From the IMG/VR virus record IMGVR_UViG_3300013885_000007, positions 1 to 48,343 of that record: a stretch of DNA of 48,343 nt; one strand, 5' to 3'. This stretch comes from a virus (Duplodnaviria; Caudoviricetes). Of this stretch, positions 8,115 to 17,679 are shown in pieces. A program made the translations under genes and the position numbers. How positions within the stretch are numbered: position 1 is the first letter of the stretch; each line of letters begins with the position of its first letter. Under the pieces are notes generated by a model. The model did no database searches, was not told where the DNA came from, and saw nothing but the letters and a program-made list of their open reading frames with translations.

Positions 8115-10093
8115 GCCTTTCACTCAGCTCGCTTGATTCTCTCTATGAGCGCCTTGCGGCCCGGGCAGCTATGCCGGTACAACTCAGCCCGGTAGAGGAG
8201 ATATTCCGGCATACACTGCCGGAGCGAATTCCCGGATACGAGGTCCGGGAGCCTCAGATCGAGATGGCACGGCTGATAGAGAATGCTCTGCAGAACAACG
8301 AGCATGTCCTTGCAGAGGCTGGAACCGGCACCGGGAAGAGCCTCGGCTACCTGATTCCCATTCACCTGTACGTCGAGGCCAACGGCGGCAGGGCAATTGT
8401 CTCCACCGGCACCATCGCGCTACAGGAGCAGCTGATCAATAAAGATATCCCGCTCCTGGAAAGCGTGCTGCATACCAATTTCCGGGCACGGCTCGCCAAG
8501 GGCAAGGGGAATTACCTCTGCCGGGTACGCCTGGCGGCCGAGATCGATCAGGTAGCCGGCATGTTTGGCGACCCGGAACAGGCGCAGCTGCTGGCTCTGG
8601 AAGAGTGGGCCGCGGAGTCCGAGACCGGGGACCGTGCCGAACTTTCATGGGAGCCGGGGGAGCTCTGGTCACGGATCTGTGCCGACGACAACTGCCCTGG
8701 GAAGAAGTGCATAGTGTATTCTGATTGCTTTGTCACCAGGGCTAAAGAACGTCTTCGTGATGCCCAGATCATCGTCTGTAACCACGCCCTGTTCATGCTC
8801 GATCTGGCTCTCAAAGAAGCCACGGACCATGATGCCAAGATACTGCCGGAATATCAAATAGCATGCCTTGACGAAGCACACAAGGTGGAGGAGATCGCCC
8901 GGGCTGCCCTTTCCACACAGTGCAGCATCAACCGACTGCCAATGTTGCTGAAACAGGCCCAAAGGATCACGGGGATCGACTTCAACCTGATCGAGGACGC
9001 CAAGCTGCAGAATGATCAGTTCTTCATGATGTGCGCGGCGCTGGACAAATCCGATAAGTTCCGGCTCCGGATTAACAATGCGATTGCCAATCAGGGAGTA
9101 AAACTGCTACACCTGGTGGAGCAAATCATAGACTCACCCGACAATAATCTCATCTCAGACCATGAAACCAAAATCCTGGAGAACCTGGACCGGTTTGTAT
9201 CTGACCTGAATTTCATCCTGAGTGTCCAGAACCAGGATCAGAACGTCTACTGGGTGGAAAAGCAGCAGGGACACCAGCGGCTAAAGGTGATACTCCACGC
9301 CACTCCCATTGACGTGGCGCCGATGCTGGCAGATATGCTGTTCGGCAACATGGATTCCGTGATTATGACCTCGGCTACATTGAGCGCTGGGGGTAGGTTC
9401 GACTATTTGAAACAAAGCGTCGGTTGCAACGAGGCCCGCGAGATCCATGTCGAATCGCCGTTTGACTACCCAAACCAGTGCCTTTTATACCTGCCAGAGA
9501 ATCTTCCGGATCCCATATCGACAACCTTTCACGCCGAACTGATTCATGTTATCTACGACATCTTGAGAGTGACCAACGGGCGTGCCCTGGTCCTGTTCAC
9601 ATCCTACAAGGGCATGAACGAAGTTTATTCTGCCCTGGCCGATAAGCTGCCCTGGCGGGTATTAAGGCAAAACGACCTCCCCAAGCGGGTGCTCATAGAA
9701 ACGTTCAGGCAAGATACTCATTCGGTGCTCTTTGGTACCCAGGGGCTATTTGAAGGGATATCCATTGACGGAGAATCGCTTTCCTGCGTGATCATCGACC
9801 GGCTGCCGTTTGCGGTGCCCGATGAGCCAATAAGCCAAGCTAAGGCCGATTTCCTGAAACGGCAGGGGATTAACGTATTCCGGCACATGTCGCTCCCGGA
9901 GGCGATTTTGAAACTGAAGCAGGCCTTTGGACGGCTGATCCGTACCAGGACAGACAGGGGAGTGGTAGCAATCTTAGATAATCGAATAACCACAAAGCCC
10001 TATGGAAAGTTGTTCTTGCGGTCGCTGCCGGCAGCGCGGCCGGTAAGATCACTGGCAGAGGTAGAGCGGTTCTTTGAGGAGGCGGTAAAGTGA
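8111..10093 (+). CDS. dinG: DinG/YoaA-family Fe-S helicase
   Basis: REPQ Q-motif, AEAGTGTGKS Walker A, KGKGNYLC plus further Cys ligands, DEAH, TSATL, QAFGRLIR. Confidence 0.93.
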   Translation: MSLSLSSLDSLYERLAARAAMPVQLSPVEEIFRHTLPERIPGYEVREPQIEMARLIENALQNNEHVLAEAGTGTGKSLGYLIPIHLYVEANGGRAIVSTGTIALQEQLINKDIPLLESVLHTNFRARLAKGKGNYLCRVRLAAEIDQVAGMFGDPEQAQLLALEEWAAESETGDRAELSWEPGELWSRICADDNCPGKKCIVYSDCFVTRAKERLRDAQIIVCNHALFMLDLALKEATDHDAKILPEYQIACLDEAHKVEEIARAALSTQCSINRLPMLLKQAQRITGIDFNLIEDAKLQNDQFFMMCAALDKSDKFRLRINNAIANQGVKLLHLVEQIIDSPDNNLISDHETKILENLDRFVSDLNFILSVQNQDQNVYWVEKQQGHQRLKVILHATPIDVAPMLADMLFGNMDSVIMTSATLSAGGRFDYLKQSVGCNEAREIHVESPFDYPNQCLLYLPENLPDPISTTFHAELIHVIYDILRVTNGRALVLFTSYKGMNEVYSALADKLPWRVLRQNDLPKRVLIETFRQDTHSVLFGTQGLFEGISIDGESLSCVIIDRLPFAVPDEPISQAKADFLKRQGINVFRHMSLPEAILKLKQAFGRLIRTRTDRGVVAILDNRITTKPYGKLFLRSLPAARPVRSLAEVERFFEEAVK

Positions 10094-11535
10094 GCGAGAT
10101 CACGAGAATCGAGATAAACGACTTCCAGAGTCACAAACACAGCATCCTGGAGCCGGCGCCGGCGGGCCAGCTGACTGTCATAGTGGGGCCTTCCGACTCG
10201 GGCAAGACAGCGCTGCTCAGAGCTCTGCGCTGGCTGTATTACAACACGCCCCAGGGCTGTGACTTTATCAGGATAGGGGCAAATATCGCCAGAGTGCGCA
10301 TCGACTACGCCGACGGCAATTCAGTGACCCGGGAGCGCAGCCACAAGGGGTTCAATAGGTACAAAATCGACAGCCAGGAGAAAACCGAGCCTGATCGCTT
10401 CGAGGGTTTCGGTAACGCCGTCCCCCTGGAAATCCAGCAGATCACTGGCGTTCACCCGGTCCAAATTGGCGACATGACACTAAACATCAACCTGGCTGAC
10501 CAATTATCGGGCCCGTTCCTCGGGTCCGATATCTCCGCCCCTATGCGAGCCAAGGTGCTGGGCAAGCTGGCCGGCACCGAGGAAGTAGATTATGCGGCCA
10601 AGGGGGTTGGGACCGACATCTATCGGGCAAGACAGGAGGAGAAGCGTCTAGGTGATGAGGTGACCAGGCTCCAGGATGAGTTGACAAAGTATGATTATCT
10701 GCCGCTGCTGGCAGAACGCATCCACCTGGTGGACGTGCTGTTGACTGAAGTGCGGAGGAAATTGGAGCGGAAGCAGAAGCTTGAAAAGCTGCTGGAACAG
10801 CGGAGTGAAAACATCAAAGCCCAAAATCTGGTTGAAGATCAACATCTTAAACTGTCATACATGATCCTGCAAGTGGAACCGCTTTTAAACCGGGCAGGGC
10901 AACGGCTGAATCGTTATCGGAATCTCCAGAGCGCTAACTCCCAACTAATAACAACCATGGTAGGGCTACGCCAAGCAATTTCCGTCCTGGAAGCTACGGC
11001 CGGTGTCAATGAGGCGGGAACTATTTTTGAGCGTATATCCCAAAATTTCCGAGAACAAAGCAAGCTCCAATACGGCCGAGGGATGCTGTTCATGATAGGC
11101 CAGAAACTGGACTATGCGGAACACGTTTTGGAAGTCACGGAAAACATTGATGATGCTGCAGTTTTGTCACAAAAAATACAGGAATCAAAGCTAAAAAAAG
11201 ACCGGCTTGAGGACTATTGGTGGAAAGCCACCATACTCGTTTCTGAATTAGATCTTAATCAAGATAAGCTTGCGCATTTAGAAAAGATTGATGACGCCGC
11301 AGTTTTGTGCCATGACAGTTCCCACCGCCTTTTGAAAAGAAACGGGTTGTCTGCACTACGAGACCAACTGCTAAATACCCACCGGTTGCTTACAGAAAAC
11401 CTGGTCAAAATTGAGCGAGGTGCTGCCGAAGAAAAACGCTGCTGTGAAACATATAAGGCTGCGCTGTTGGCTGCCGGGATTTGCCCGACATGCGGTAGCC
11501 AGATAACAGAAGAAAACCTAAAGGAGGTTGTGTAG
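10090..11535 (+). CDS. SbcC/Rad50-like ATPase, N-terminal half (Walker A, coiled coil, zinc hook)
   Basis: INDFQSH, GPSDSGKT, C-terminal CPTCG. Confidence 0.85.
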   Translation: MSEITRIEINDFQSHKHSILEPAPAGQLTVIVGPSDSGKTALLRALRWLYYNTPQGCDFIRIGANIARVRIDYADGNSVTRERSHKGFNRYKIDSQEKTEPDRFEGFGNAVPLEIQQITGVHPVQIGDMTLNINLADQLSGPFLGSDISAPMRAKVLGKLAGTEEVDYAAKGVGTDIYRARQEEKRLGDEVTRLQDELTKYDYLPLLAERIHLVDVLLTEVRRKLERKQKLEKLLEQRSENIKAQNLVEDQHLKLSYMILQVEPLLNRAGQRLNRYRNLQSANSQLITTMVGLRQAISVLEATAGVNEAGTIFERISQNFREQSKLQYGRGMLFMIGQKLDYAEHVLEVTENIDDAAVLSQKIQESKLKKDRLEDYWWKATILVSELDLNQDKLAHLEKIDDAAVLCHDSSHRLLKRNGLSALRDQLLNTHRLLTENLVKIERGAAEEKRCCETYKAALLAAGICPTCGSQITEENLKEVV

Positions 11536-11802
11536 ATGCAAGCAAGTGCTGAAACCATGAGGAATTTTGAAAACCGGCTAAATGAAATAAAGAGCGCTAT
11601 CGAAAAGGCTCGTACAGACCGAGCCAAGGCCGAAGCCACAAAAGAGCAATTAGAGAAGCAACGAGAACAGATTGAGGCCGAAATTAGGGCGCTGGGCGTG
11701 GAGCCGGAGAACCTGGATGCTGCTATCGAGGAACTGGATACTCAAATTGCTGCTGACCTGGCCAGGCTGGAAGAATTAATCCCGGAAGAATACAGGGGGT
11801 AA
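11536..11802 (+). CDS. Short coiled-coil protein, probably part of the split SbcC
   Basis: All-heptad sequence; abuts the SbcC-N gene. Confidence 0.7.
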   Translation: MQASAETMRNFENRLNEIKSAIEKARTDRAKAEATKEQLEKQREQIEAEIRALGVEPENLDAAIEELDTQIAADLARLEELIPEEYRG

Positions 11803-11808
11803 GGATGA

Positions 11809-12012
11809 ATGATAAATGCCTTGATGGAGTTGCCCAAATGCTCTGTTAAAGGCCATGGACAGATGGAGTTGCGTCGTCCCAAAGGGAAACAGACCTATGA
11901 ACAGCAATTTTGCGGCGTTTGGTATGACTGCCAGTATCCTGGATGCCACAGTTCCGTCCTGTTCCCATCAAAAGAACTGCTTGACCAGCTAGAAAGCATG
12001 AAAGGAAAGTGA
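11809..12012 (+). CDS. Small Cys/His protein
   Basis: C...H...C...C....C pattern; operon orientation. Confidence 0.6.
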   Translation: MINALMELPKCSVKGHGQMELRRPKGKQTYEQQFCGVWYDCQYPGCHSSVLFPSKELLDQLESMKGK

Positions 12013-12437
12013 TTCTGATGACAAGACAAGAGATCGAGGCCATGCAGCCAGGCGTCGAAATGAATGTTTTAGTTGGCCAGAAAGTCAAGAAATGCAAAGT
12101 ATTTGCAGTAAGCGACTCGGAAGAAGGGGAGATAACGGGATACCGGATGATTGAAAATGGACACTATCAAAATCTGCCTGACTATTCCCGGGACATGAAT
12201 GCTGCATTGACGCTGATGTATGATGACCATGCTTTCGATACGGGGCTTTTTATCGCTCAGTTAAATAACGGCAAATGGATCTGCGGCAGGGCCAGTCACA
12301 TCTATGACATCAAGATCAGTGATGACCTTTACAAGGACAGGGAACTTGTGATCGCCGATACAGCACCCGAGGTTATTTGCAAGATGCGGCTGATCCTGGC
12401 GCTCTGTCCGGAGGAGGCAAAAAATAGTGTCGCATGA
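12009..12437 (+). CDS. Phage ABA-sandwich-like domain protein
   Basis: LPDYSRDMNAA and ADTAPEVIC motifs. Confidence 0.6.
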   Translation: MILMTRQEIEAMQPGVEMNVLVGQKVKKCKVFAVSDSEEGEITGYRMIENGHYQNLPDYSRDMNAALTLMYDDHAFDTGLFIAQLNNGKWICGRASHIYDIKISDDLYKDRELVIADTAPEVICKMRLILALCPEEAKNSVA

Positions 12438-13083
12438 AACGATGACGATAGATCATTTTGATTCCGCCCTTCGTGTGATGCAGTCAAAATACAACGCTGC
12501 CCTGGGTCAGAAGGAATTGCTGGAAAGGCAACTCCTGGACAAACAAAACGAATTAAACCAGGTACGCCAGAACCTGGCTACTTGGGAACAGGTGCAGGTT
12601 CTTTTTACAAAGGTATCCGAGTTTGCCCGTGAACAGCTGAAGACCCGCATCGAGGAGACCGTGACCGCCGCTCTCCTGGCTGTGTTCGGTGAAGGATACA
12701 CATTCCGGATCAATATGCGCCAGCTGGGGAACCAGCCGGCTGCCGAGTGGCAGGTAGTCAGCCAATATGGAGAGGTTGAAGTAGCAGCGTCGCCCGAGGA
12801 CGCCAGGGGAGGGGGCGTTGTGGACGTTATTTCCCTGGCGCTCCGCCTTGCCATGCTGGAACTGCTGCGGCCGCGAGTAGAGGGGCCGGTCCTCTTCGAC
12901 GAACCGGGGAAACATCTCTCGGCGGAATACGCCCCGAATCTGGCCTACTTTCTCAAGCAGTATGCGGCCAAAACCGGCAGGCAGGTGATCATGGTTTCTC
13001 ATTCGGCGCAGCTGGTCGACGCGGCTGACCGCTCTTTCCTGGTCACTCAGAAAGACGGGATCTCGGAGGTGAAGCAGATATGA
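12427..13083 (+). CDS. SbcC/Rad50-like ATPase, C-terminal half
   Basis: Signature-like RGGG, ISLALRLA, Walker B VLFDEP, H-loop MVSH. Confidence 0.85.
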   Translation: MSHETMTIDHFDSALRVMQSKYNAALGQKELLERQLLDKQNELNQVRQNLATWEQVQVLFTKVSEFAREQLKTRIEETVTAALLAVFGEGYTFRINMRQLGNQPAAEWQVVSQYGEVEVAASPEDARGGGVVDVISLALRLAMLELLRPRVEGPVLFDEPGKHLSAEYAPNLAYFLKQYAAKTGRQVIMVSHSAQLVDAADRSFLVTQKDGISEVKQI

Positions 13084-14066
13084 TCCGACTTCTATACCTG
13101 ACAGACCCGCACGTCAGAGGCAACAACCCCCGGGCCCGGGTCGATAATTACCCAGATACCATCAAGATGAAGCTCCGGGAGTGCTGGAGTATCGCAGCGC
13201 AGCACCGGTGCCAGGCCGTGGTATGCGGCGGCGATCTCTTCGACCGGCCGGACCCGGATTACATTGTGACCGGGGAACTGGCAACCGTGCTGGCGGAGTG
13301 CCCGGTGCCGGTCTACACGGTGCCTGGCAACCACGAGATTTTCGGCTATAACCTAAGCACCGTACCACGGACCGCCTTGGGGCTGCTGGCGAGAATCGGC
13401 GTGGTAAGGTTGCTGAGCAGGGAGCCAGTGGTAATCGAAGACAAGACCAAAGGTTTCAGTATCTATCTAACCGGCCAGGGCTTTCATGGAGACATCGACC
13501 GCAGCCAGGCCGACTACCAGACAGGACTCGATAACAACCTGGCCGGTTGGAAGGTCCATGTCATCCACTCCATGCTGCTAGAATCTCCGCTGCCCAACGG
13601 GGTGGCCCACATCCTAATCAGAGACCTGGAGACCGACGCCGATATGATCCTGGCATCTCATTTCCACGCCGGGTTTGTCACCCAGCGATGCAGGAGCGGG
13701 GCGCTGTGCGTCAACCCCGGCGCTCTGGGGCGGGTCCGGGCGGACATTGCAGAACTGTACCGCCCGGTGCAGGTGGCCCTGTTGCAGTTCGATCAGGAAG
13801 GCATCCGCGCAGACAGGATCCAGCTTGATTCCGCCCGCCCGGGCAGCGAGGTGCTCTCCCGCGATTACCTGACGCAGCAGGCCGAGCGGGAGGACCGCAC
13901 CGGCCGATTCCTTGAGCTACTGGCCAGCGAGGGCGAATCGAGGTTTCTGGAAATCCGGGAGATTGTTGAGGATATTGCCCGGCGGGAGAGTTTACCGGCA
14001 GCAGTGATCCAGGATGCACTGAGACGAATTGGAGCGGCCAGGGAAGAGCTGGGGAGAGCGGGGTGA
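13080..14066 (+). CDS. sbcD: SbcD/Mre11-like metallophosphoesterase nuclease
   Basis: TDPH, GGDLFD, PGNHE, SHFH, NPGAL motifs. Confidence 0.9.
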   Translation: MIRLLYLTDPHVRGNNPRARVDNYPDTIKMKLRECWSIAAQHRCQAVVCGGDLFDRPDPDYIVTGELATVLAECPVPVYTVPGNHEIFGYNLSTVPRTALGLLARIGVVRLLSREPVVIEDKTKGFSIYLTGQGFHGDIDRSQADYQTGLDNNLAGWKVHVIHSMLLESPLPNGVAHILIRDLETDADMILASHFHAGFVTQRCRSGALCVNPGALGRVRADIAELYRPVQVALLQFDQEGIRADRIQLDSARPGSEVLSRDYLTQQAEREDRTGRFLELLASEGESRFLEIREIVEDIARRESLPAAVIQDALRRIGAAREELGRAG

Positions 14067-14070
14067 GCTC

Positions 14071-14229
14071 ATGAACTACCAATATGTGATCGACAAAGAA
14101 GCCTGCCGGGAATCATTTGAGAAGTTCCCGCCAAAGAAGCAAAAGCTGATCAAGAAAATGGCAGCCGAACTTGAAAAACTTCTGGCTGAAAGCGAGGAGA
14201 AGCATAGATGCCCAGAGCAGCCTACCTGA
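14071..14229 (+). CDS. Hypothetical protein
   Basis: Short ORF in operon orientation. Confidence 0.5.
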   Translation: MNYQYVIDKEACRESFEKFPPKKQKLIKKMAAELEKLLAESEEKHRCPEQPT

Positions 14230-14462
14230 CAGAGAAGAATGGCGAGATCATCATCGAGGCGCCTTACGATGAGACTTTTATCCGGCACCTTAAAGAGAAA
14301 TCGATCACCCGGCGATGGGACGGGGAACGCAGGGCCTGGATTGTCGCCCTGGCTGAGAAGCAGATGGTCTGCAACCTGGTGCTCAGTTGTTTCCCCGACA
14401 GCAACGTGTTCTACGTCAAGGGAGCGACGGTCAGGAATCTGCACACGGGAGAGATGTCCTAG
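14208..14462 (+). CDS. HARP-like small domain protein
   Basis: PYDE.FI..LK....RRWD...RAW pattern. Confidence 0.55.
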   Translation: MPRAAYLTEKNGEIIIEAPYDETFIRHLKEKSITRRWDGERRAWIVALAEKQMVCNLVLSCFPDSNVFYVKGATVRNLHTGEMS

Positions 14463-14648
14463 ATGCTTGGAACGCCTTTAACTGGAGCAACCCTGATAAA
14501 GCAACGCTACCGCATCGAACAGATGAGAAGGCAACTGGAAAAGCTGGTAACCAAGCACGGCAGCCTGACGGCACCGGTGGTGCTGGCCTACAGCCGGATG
14601 ATAGATGGAGCGCTGAACGAATTTGAGCGTATGAGGAGGGCGGGGTGA
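14463..14648 (+). CDS. Spo0E-like aspartyl-phosphate phosphatase family protein
   Basis: RIEQMRRQL...GSLTAPVVLAYSRMIDGALNEF resembles the Spo0E helix pair, with a degenerate SQELD motif. Confidence 0.6.
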   Translation: MLGTPLTGATLIKQRYRIEQMRRQLEKLVTKHGSLTAPVVLAYSRMIDGALNEFERMRRAG

Positions 14649-16159
14649 TAAGAATGCAACTCAAAATAATATGCACAAACCGTATATTTATACATTATCC
14701 ACCCCAAGGCGGTGCCACGCCTGAATTTCAGGCTTTCATCGCCCAGATTAAGCAGGAAAACTGCATCCCCAACCCAGAGTATGCCGAAGCAGTGAAGCGC
14801 GGCAGATATGCCGGGAATATTCCTCAAAATATTGTCCTGGCACAGATAGAGAAAGATGGGTTCTCGCTGCCCCGGGGCTATGCCGGGCGGCTGCTACAGC
14901 TAGCAAAACATTTTGGCATCGAGTATCAACTGCAGGACAACCGCCGGGAGTTACCCATGGTGCTGTTTCGCTCCGGGATCAAGTTGCGACCATACCAGCA
15001 GCCGGCCGTGGAGGAAATGCTGCGGGGAACCCAAGGGGTGCTGGTCAGCCCTGCCGGGTCCGGCAAGACCGAGACCATGCTCGAGGTGATTGCGCGCGTT
15101 GGGCAACCCGCTCTCTGGCTGACGCATACCAAAGACTTGGCCGAGCAGGTAATGACCAGGGCAGAGGCGCGGCTGGGCCTCGGCAGGAATGAGATCGGCC
15201 TGATCGGCGACGGGACATTTCAGATAGGGGGAAAATTGACGGTTGGGATTATCCAAACATTATGCCGAATGGACCTCAAGGATCTGGCCGGACGTTTCGG
15301 TCTGGTGATGGTCGACGAGGTTCACCACGTAGGTGGGTCGGGCACCTGGATAGAAGTCGTCGACCAGTTGTCCGCCCGGTGGAGATACGGCTGCACGGCG
15401 TCCTGGAACCGGGCAGACGGTCTGGAAGTGATAACAGAACGGTATATCGGGCCGGTTCTGCACCGTGTAGAGCGGTCCGCGGTGGAACTGACCGGCAACG
15501 TCATCACCCCGGAGCTGCGTGTGATCAAAACTGAAACTATATCCGAGACCTACCAGAAACATGAGGAACGCCTGGCCAGGTGGAGACAGCTCTGCGAAGA
15601 GTACAAGGCCGGAAATATCCGGGAACCGCGACAGCCTGTACTGAATTACAGCGGGGTGCTGAATGACATCCTGTTCGATCCCGAACGGAACCGGCTGATC
15701 CTTGAAACCCTGAAAGCCGAATGCCCCGGCCACTATTCACTGGTGCTGTCGGAGCGGGTAGACCATTGCCTGAAACTCAAAAGGATGCTCGATGAGACAA
15801 GGTGCCCCTACACAACGGAAGTGATCCACGGCAAGCTACCCAAGTCAAAGCGAGACGAGATCATTCAGGCCATGCGCAACGGAAAGATCGATATTCTCTT
15901 CGCCGTAGACATTGCCAAGGAGGGCCTCGACATCCCGCGTCTCGATCGGCTGTTCCTGGTGGCCGGCGGACGGAACGAGGCCGAACTTGAGCAGAAAATC
16001 GGGCGTATTCAGCGAACATTTCCTGGGAAGCGGGATGCGGTGGTGTTCGACTTCGTGGACGAAAAAATCGGAGTGCTGCGGGCACAGTATTGGGCACGCA
16101 GAAAGGTGTACAAGCGGCTGGGAATGCTGGGGAGCACTGAAACGAGGAAGGCGATATGA
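14645..16159 (+). CDS. SF2 DEAD/DEAH (ResIII-like) helicase
   Basis: LRPYQ, PAGSGKT, DEVHH, GCTAS, EGLDIP, QKIGRIQR. Confidence 0.92.
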   Translation: MIRMQLKIICTNRIFIHYPPQGGATPEFQAFIAQIKQENCIPNPEYAEAVKRGRYAGNIPQNIVLAQIEKDGFSLPRGYAGRLLQLAKHFGIEYQLQDNRRELPMVLFRSGIKLRPYQQPAVEEMLRGTQGVLVSPAGSGKTETMLEVIARVGQPALWLTHTKDLAEQVMTRAEARLGLGRNEIGLIGDGTFQIGGKLTVGIIQTLCRMDLKDLAGRFGLVMVDEVHHVGGSGTWIEVVDQLSARWRYGCTASWNRADGLEVITERYIGPVLHRVERSAVELTGNVITPELRVIKTETISETYQKHEERLARWRQLCEEYKAGNIREPRQPVLNYSGVLNDILFDPERNRLILETLKAECPGHYSLVLSERVDHCLKLKRMLDETRCPYTTEVIHGKLPKSKRDEIIQAMRNGKIDILFAVDIAKEGLDIPRLDRLFLVAGGRNEAELEQKIGRIQRTFPGKRDAVVFDFVDEKIGVLRAQYWARRKVYKRLGMLGSTETRKAI

Positions 16160-16362
16160 AATACTACTGCAAGCACTACAAAACTTATCTCTCGTGGGCT
16201 GATATGCAGGCTCACGGTTGTATCAATACCAAGAAACAGAAGCGTTTCGGACGAAAAATATGCAAATATCTGGTACAGGAAACAGATCCGGTTTATGTGA
16301 TGGAAAATAATTTTATATCTTGGGGAGGTGAAAAACATGGAAGACAAGATAAAAACCTTTGA
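16156..16362 (+). CDS. Small Cys/His protein
   Basis: Coupled start; CKH...C...CKY. Confidence 0.55.
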   Translation: MKYYCKHYKTYLSWADMQAHGCINTKKQKRFGRKICKYLVQETDPVYVMENNFISWGGEKHGRQDKNL

Positions 16363-16888
16363 CTGGAACGGCCAGTACGTGATCAGGGAGCAGTTCCGCC
16401 CGATCGCCGAGGCCCTGGTAGCAAAGTACCCGGAACTGAAGCATATCCGGGTCGAGAAAATCCTGTTCGTGGCAAATACGACGGGTAGCGGCAAGAACAA
16501 GGACAAAAAGAAACTGGCCCAGGTTGCCACGATCCCGGCCAAATGGACGGAGATCCTCTATCAGTTGACCGGCCGCCAGTTCTCCTACCTGATGGAGTTC
16601 TTCACCCTCAACTGCAACGGCCTGCGGCGCGAGCAGTACATCGCTTTGGTATATCACGAACTGCTCCACATCGGGGTGGACGGGAAGCTGCGTTGCCACG
16701 ACATTGAAGACTGGAGCAACATGATCAACGGCCTGGGGCCTTTCTGGAATGAACAGTTAAGCGAGGATAAGGACTTTCCCGACTTACTGGCCGAGGATGT
16801 GGACTGGGACAAACTGATCGGGCAGCGAACGGTGCAGATGAGTATCGAGATCGGCACCGAGGAACGCAGATTGAGCATTGTGAAATAG
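16328..16888 (+). CDS. Putative phage metallopeptidase
   Basis: YHELLHI followed by HDIED. Confidence 0.75.
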   Translation: MKNMEDKIKTFDWNGQYVIREQFRPIAEALVAKYPELKHIRVEKILFVANTTGSGKNKDKKKLAQVATIPAKWTEILYQLTGRQFSYLMEFFTLNCNGLRREQYIALVYHELLHIGVDGKLRCHDIEDWSNMINGLGPFWNEQLSEDKDFPDLLAEDVDWDKLIGQRTVQMSIEIGTEERRLSIVK

Positions 16889-16896
16889 GGGGAGGG

Positions 16897-17112
16897 ATGA
16901 TTGTGTCAGTCAACGCTGCTTACGCATGCATGCCGAGGACAAATAATGTTCCGGATGGCCGCCCGGGTTGGATACGGACCAACTGCCCGGTTTGCGCCCA
17001 CGAATGCTGGATGACTCCGCAAGCTAAACAGGTTGTCGAACAAAGCGAGGTTAAACTGGCCTGCACTGAATGCGCCATCAGGATAGTAGCCAGGCCAATG
17101 GTGCGGAGATAG
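16897..17112 (+). CDS. Zinc-finger miniprotein
   Basis: CPVC...CTEC; strong RBS. Confidence 0.65.
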   Translation: MIVSVNAAYACMPRTNNVPDGRPGWIRTNCPVCAHECWMTPQAKQVVEQSEVKLACTECAIRIVARPMVRR

Positions 17113-17114
17113 TC

Positions 17115-17516
17115 ATGCGCATTGTAATCATACTATTTTTGGCCGCTACTCTGTTGCTTCTGGGGCCAGTAAAAGTATCCCCAGATCAACACCATCACAC
17201 ACAACCGTTCAGAATAGCACCCAGCCGCCAGGCTGCACCGGAACGGGTTCTAATCATGGAAGCAACGGCCTACTGCTATACTGGGCACCGGACCAAGACT
17301 GGTACCTGGCCGCAACGGGGGACGGTAGCCGTGGATCCCCGGGTAATTTCTCTGGGATCCCGGCTCTGGATCGAGGGATACGGGTTTGCCCGAGCTGAAG
17401 ATACCGGGGGGCTGATTCGAGGGAACAGAGTGGATGTGTATCTTGAAAACGAAGAGGCCGCCAGAGAGTGGGGGAGGCGGCAGGTGAGGGTGAGGGTATA
17501 CGATGACAACAACTGA
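17115..17516 (+). CDS. Secreted 3D-domain (MltA-like) protein
   Basis: Signal peptide; ATAY, VAVDPRVI.LGS, AEDTGG.I.GNRVDVY, WGR. Confidence 0.88.
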   Translation: MRIVIILFLAATLLLLGPVKVSPDQHHHTQPFRIAPSRQAAPERVLIMEATAYCYTGHRTKTGTWPQRGTVAVDPRVISLGSRLWIEGYGFARAEDTGGLIRGNRVDVYLENEEAAREWGRRQVRVRVYDDNN

Positions 17517-17679
17517 TGCCGAACAAAAAACCAGAATGAACAACATTATTGGCGGCAAAATAATCATCTGCGCAATTTGTGGAGAAACAGATGTAGTGCC
17601 TCTTAATGATGACACCGGGCTGTGCCAGGCCTGTCAGAATAGCATTGACATGGCACTGGGAGGCGATATTAGTGGCTAA
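17503..17679 (+). CDS. 58-aa zinc-finger miniprotein (not in the ORF track)
   Basis: CAIC...CQAC; overlaps neighbouring genes at both ends. Confidence 0.55.
   Translation: MTTTDAEQKTRMNNIIGGKIIICAICGETDVVPLNDDTGLCQACQNSIDMALGGDISG

Noticed and set aside
12181-12196. Noc-box-like TATTCCCGGGACAT
   Set aside because: Several mismatches, inside a coding region, and not repeated; likely chance.
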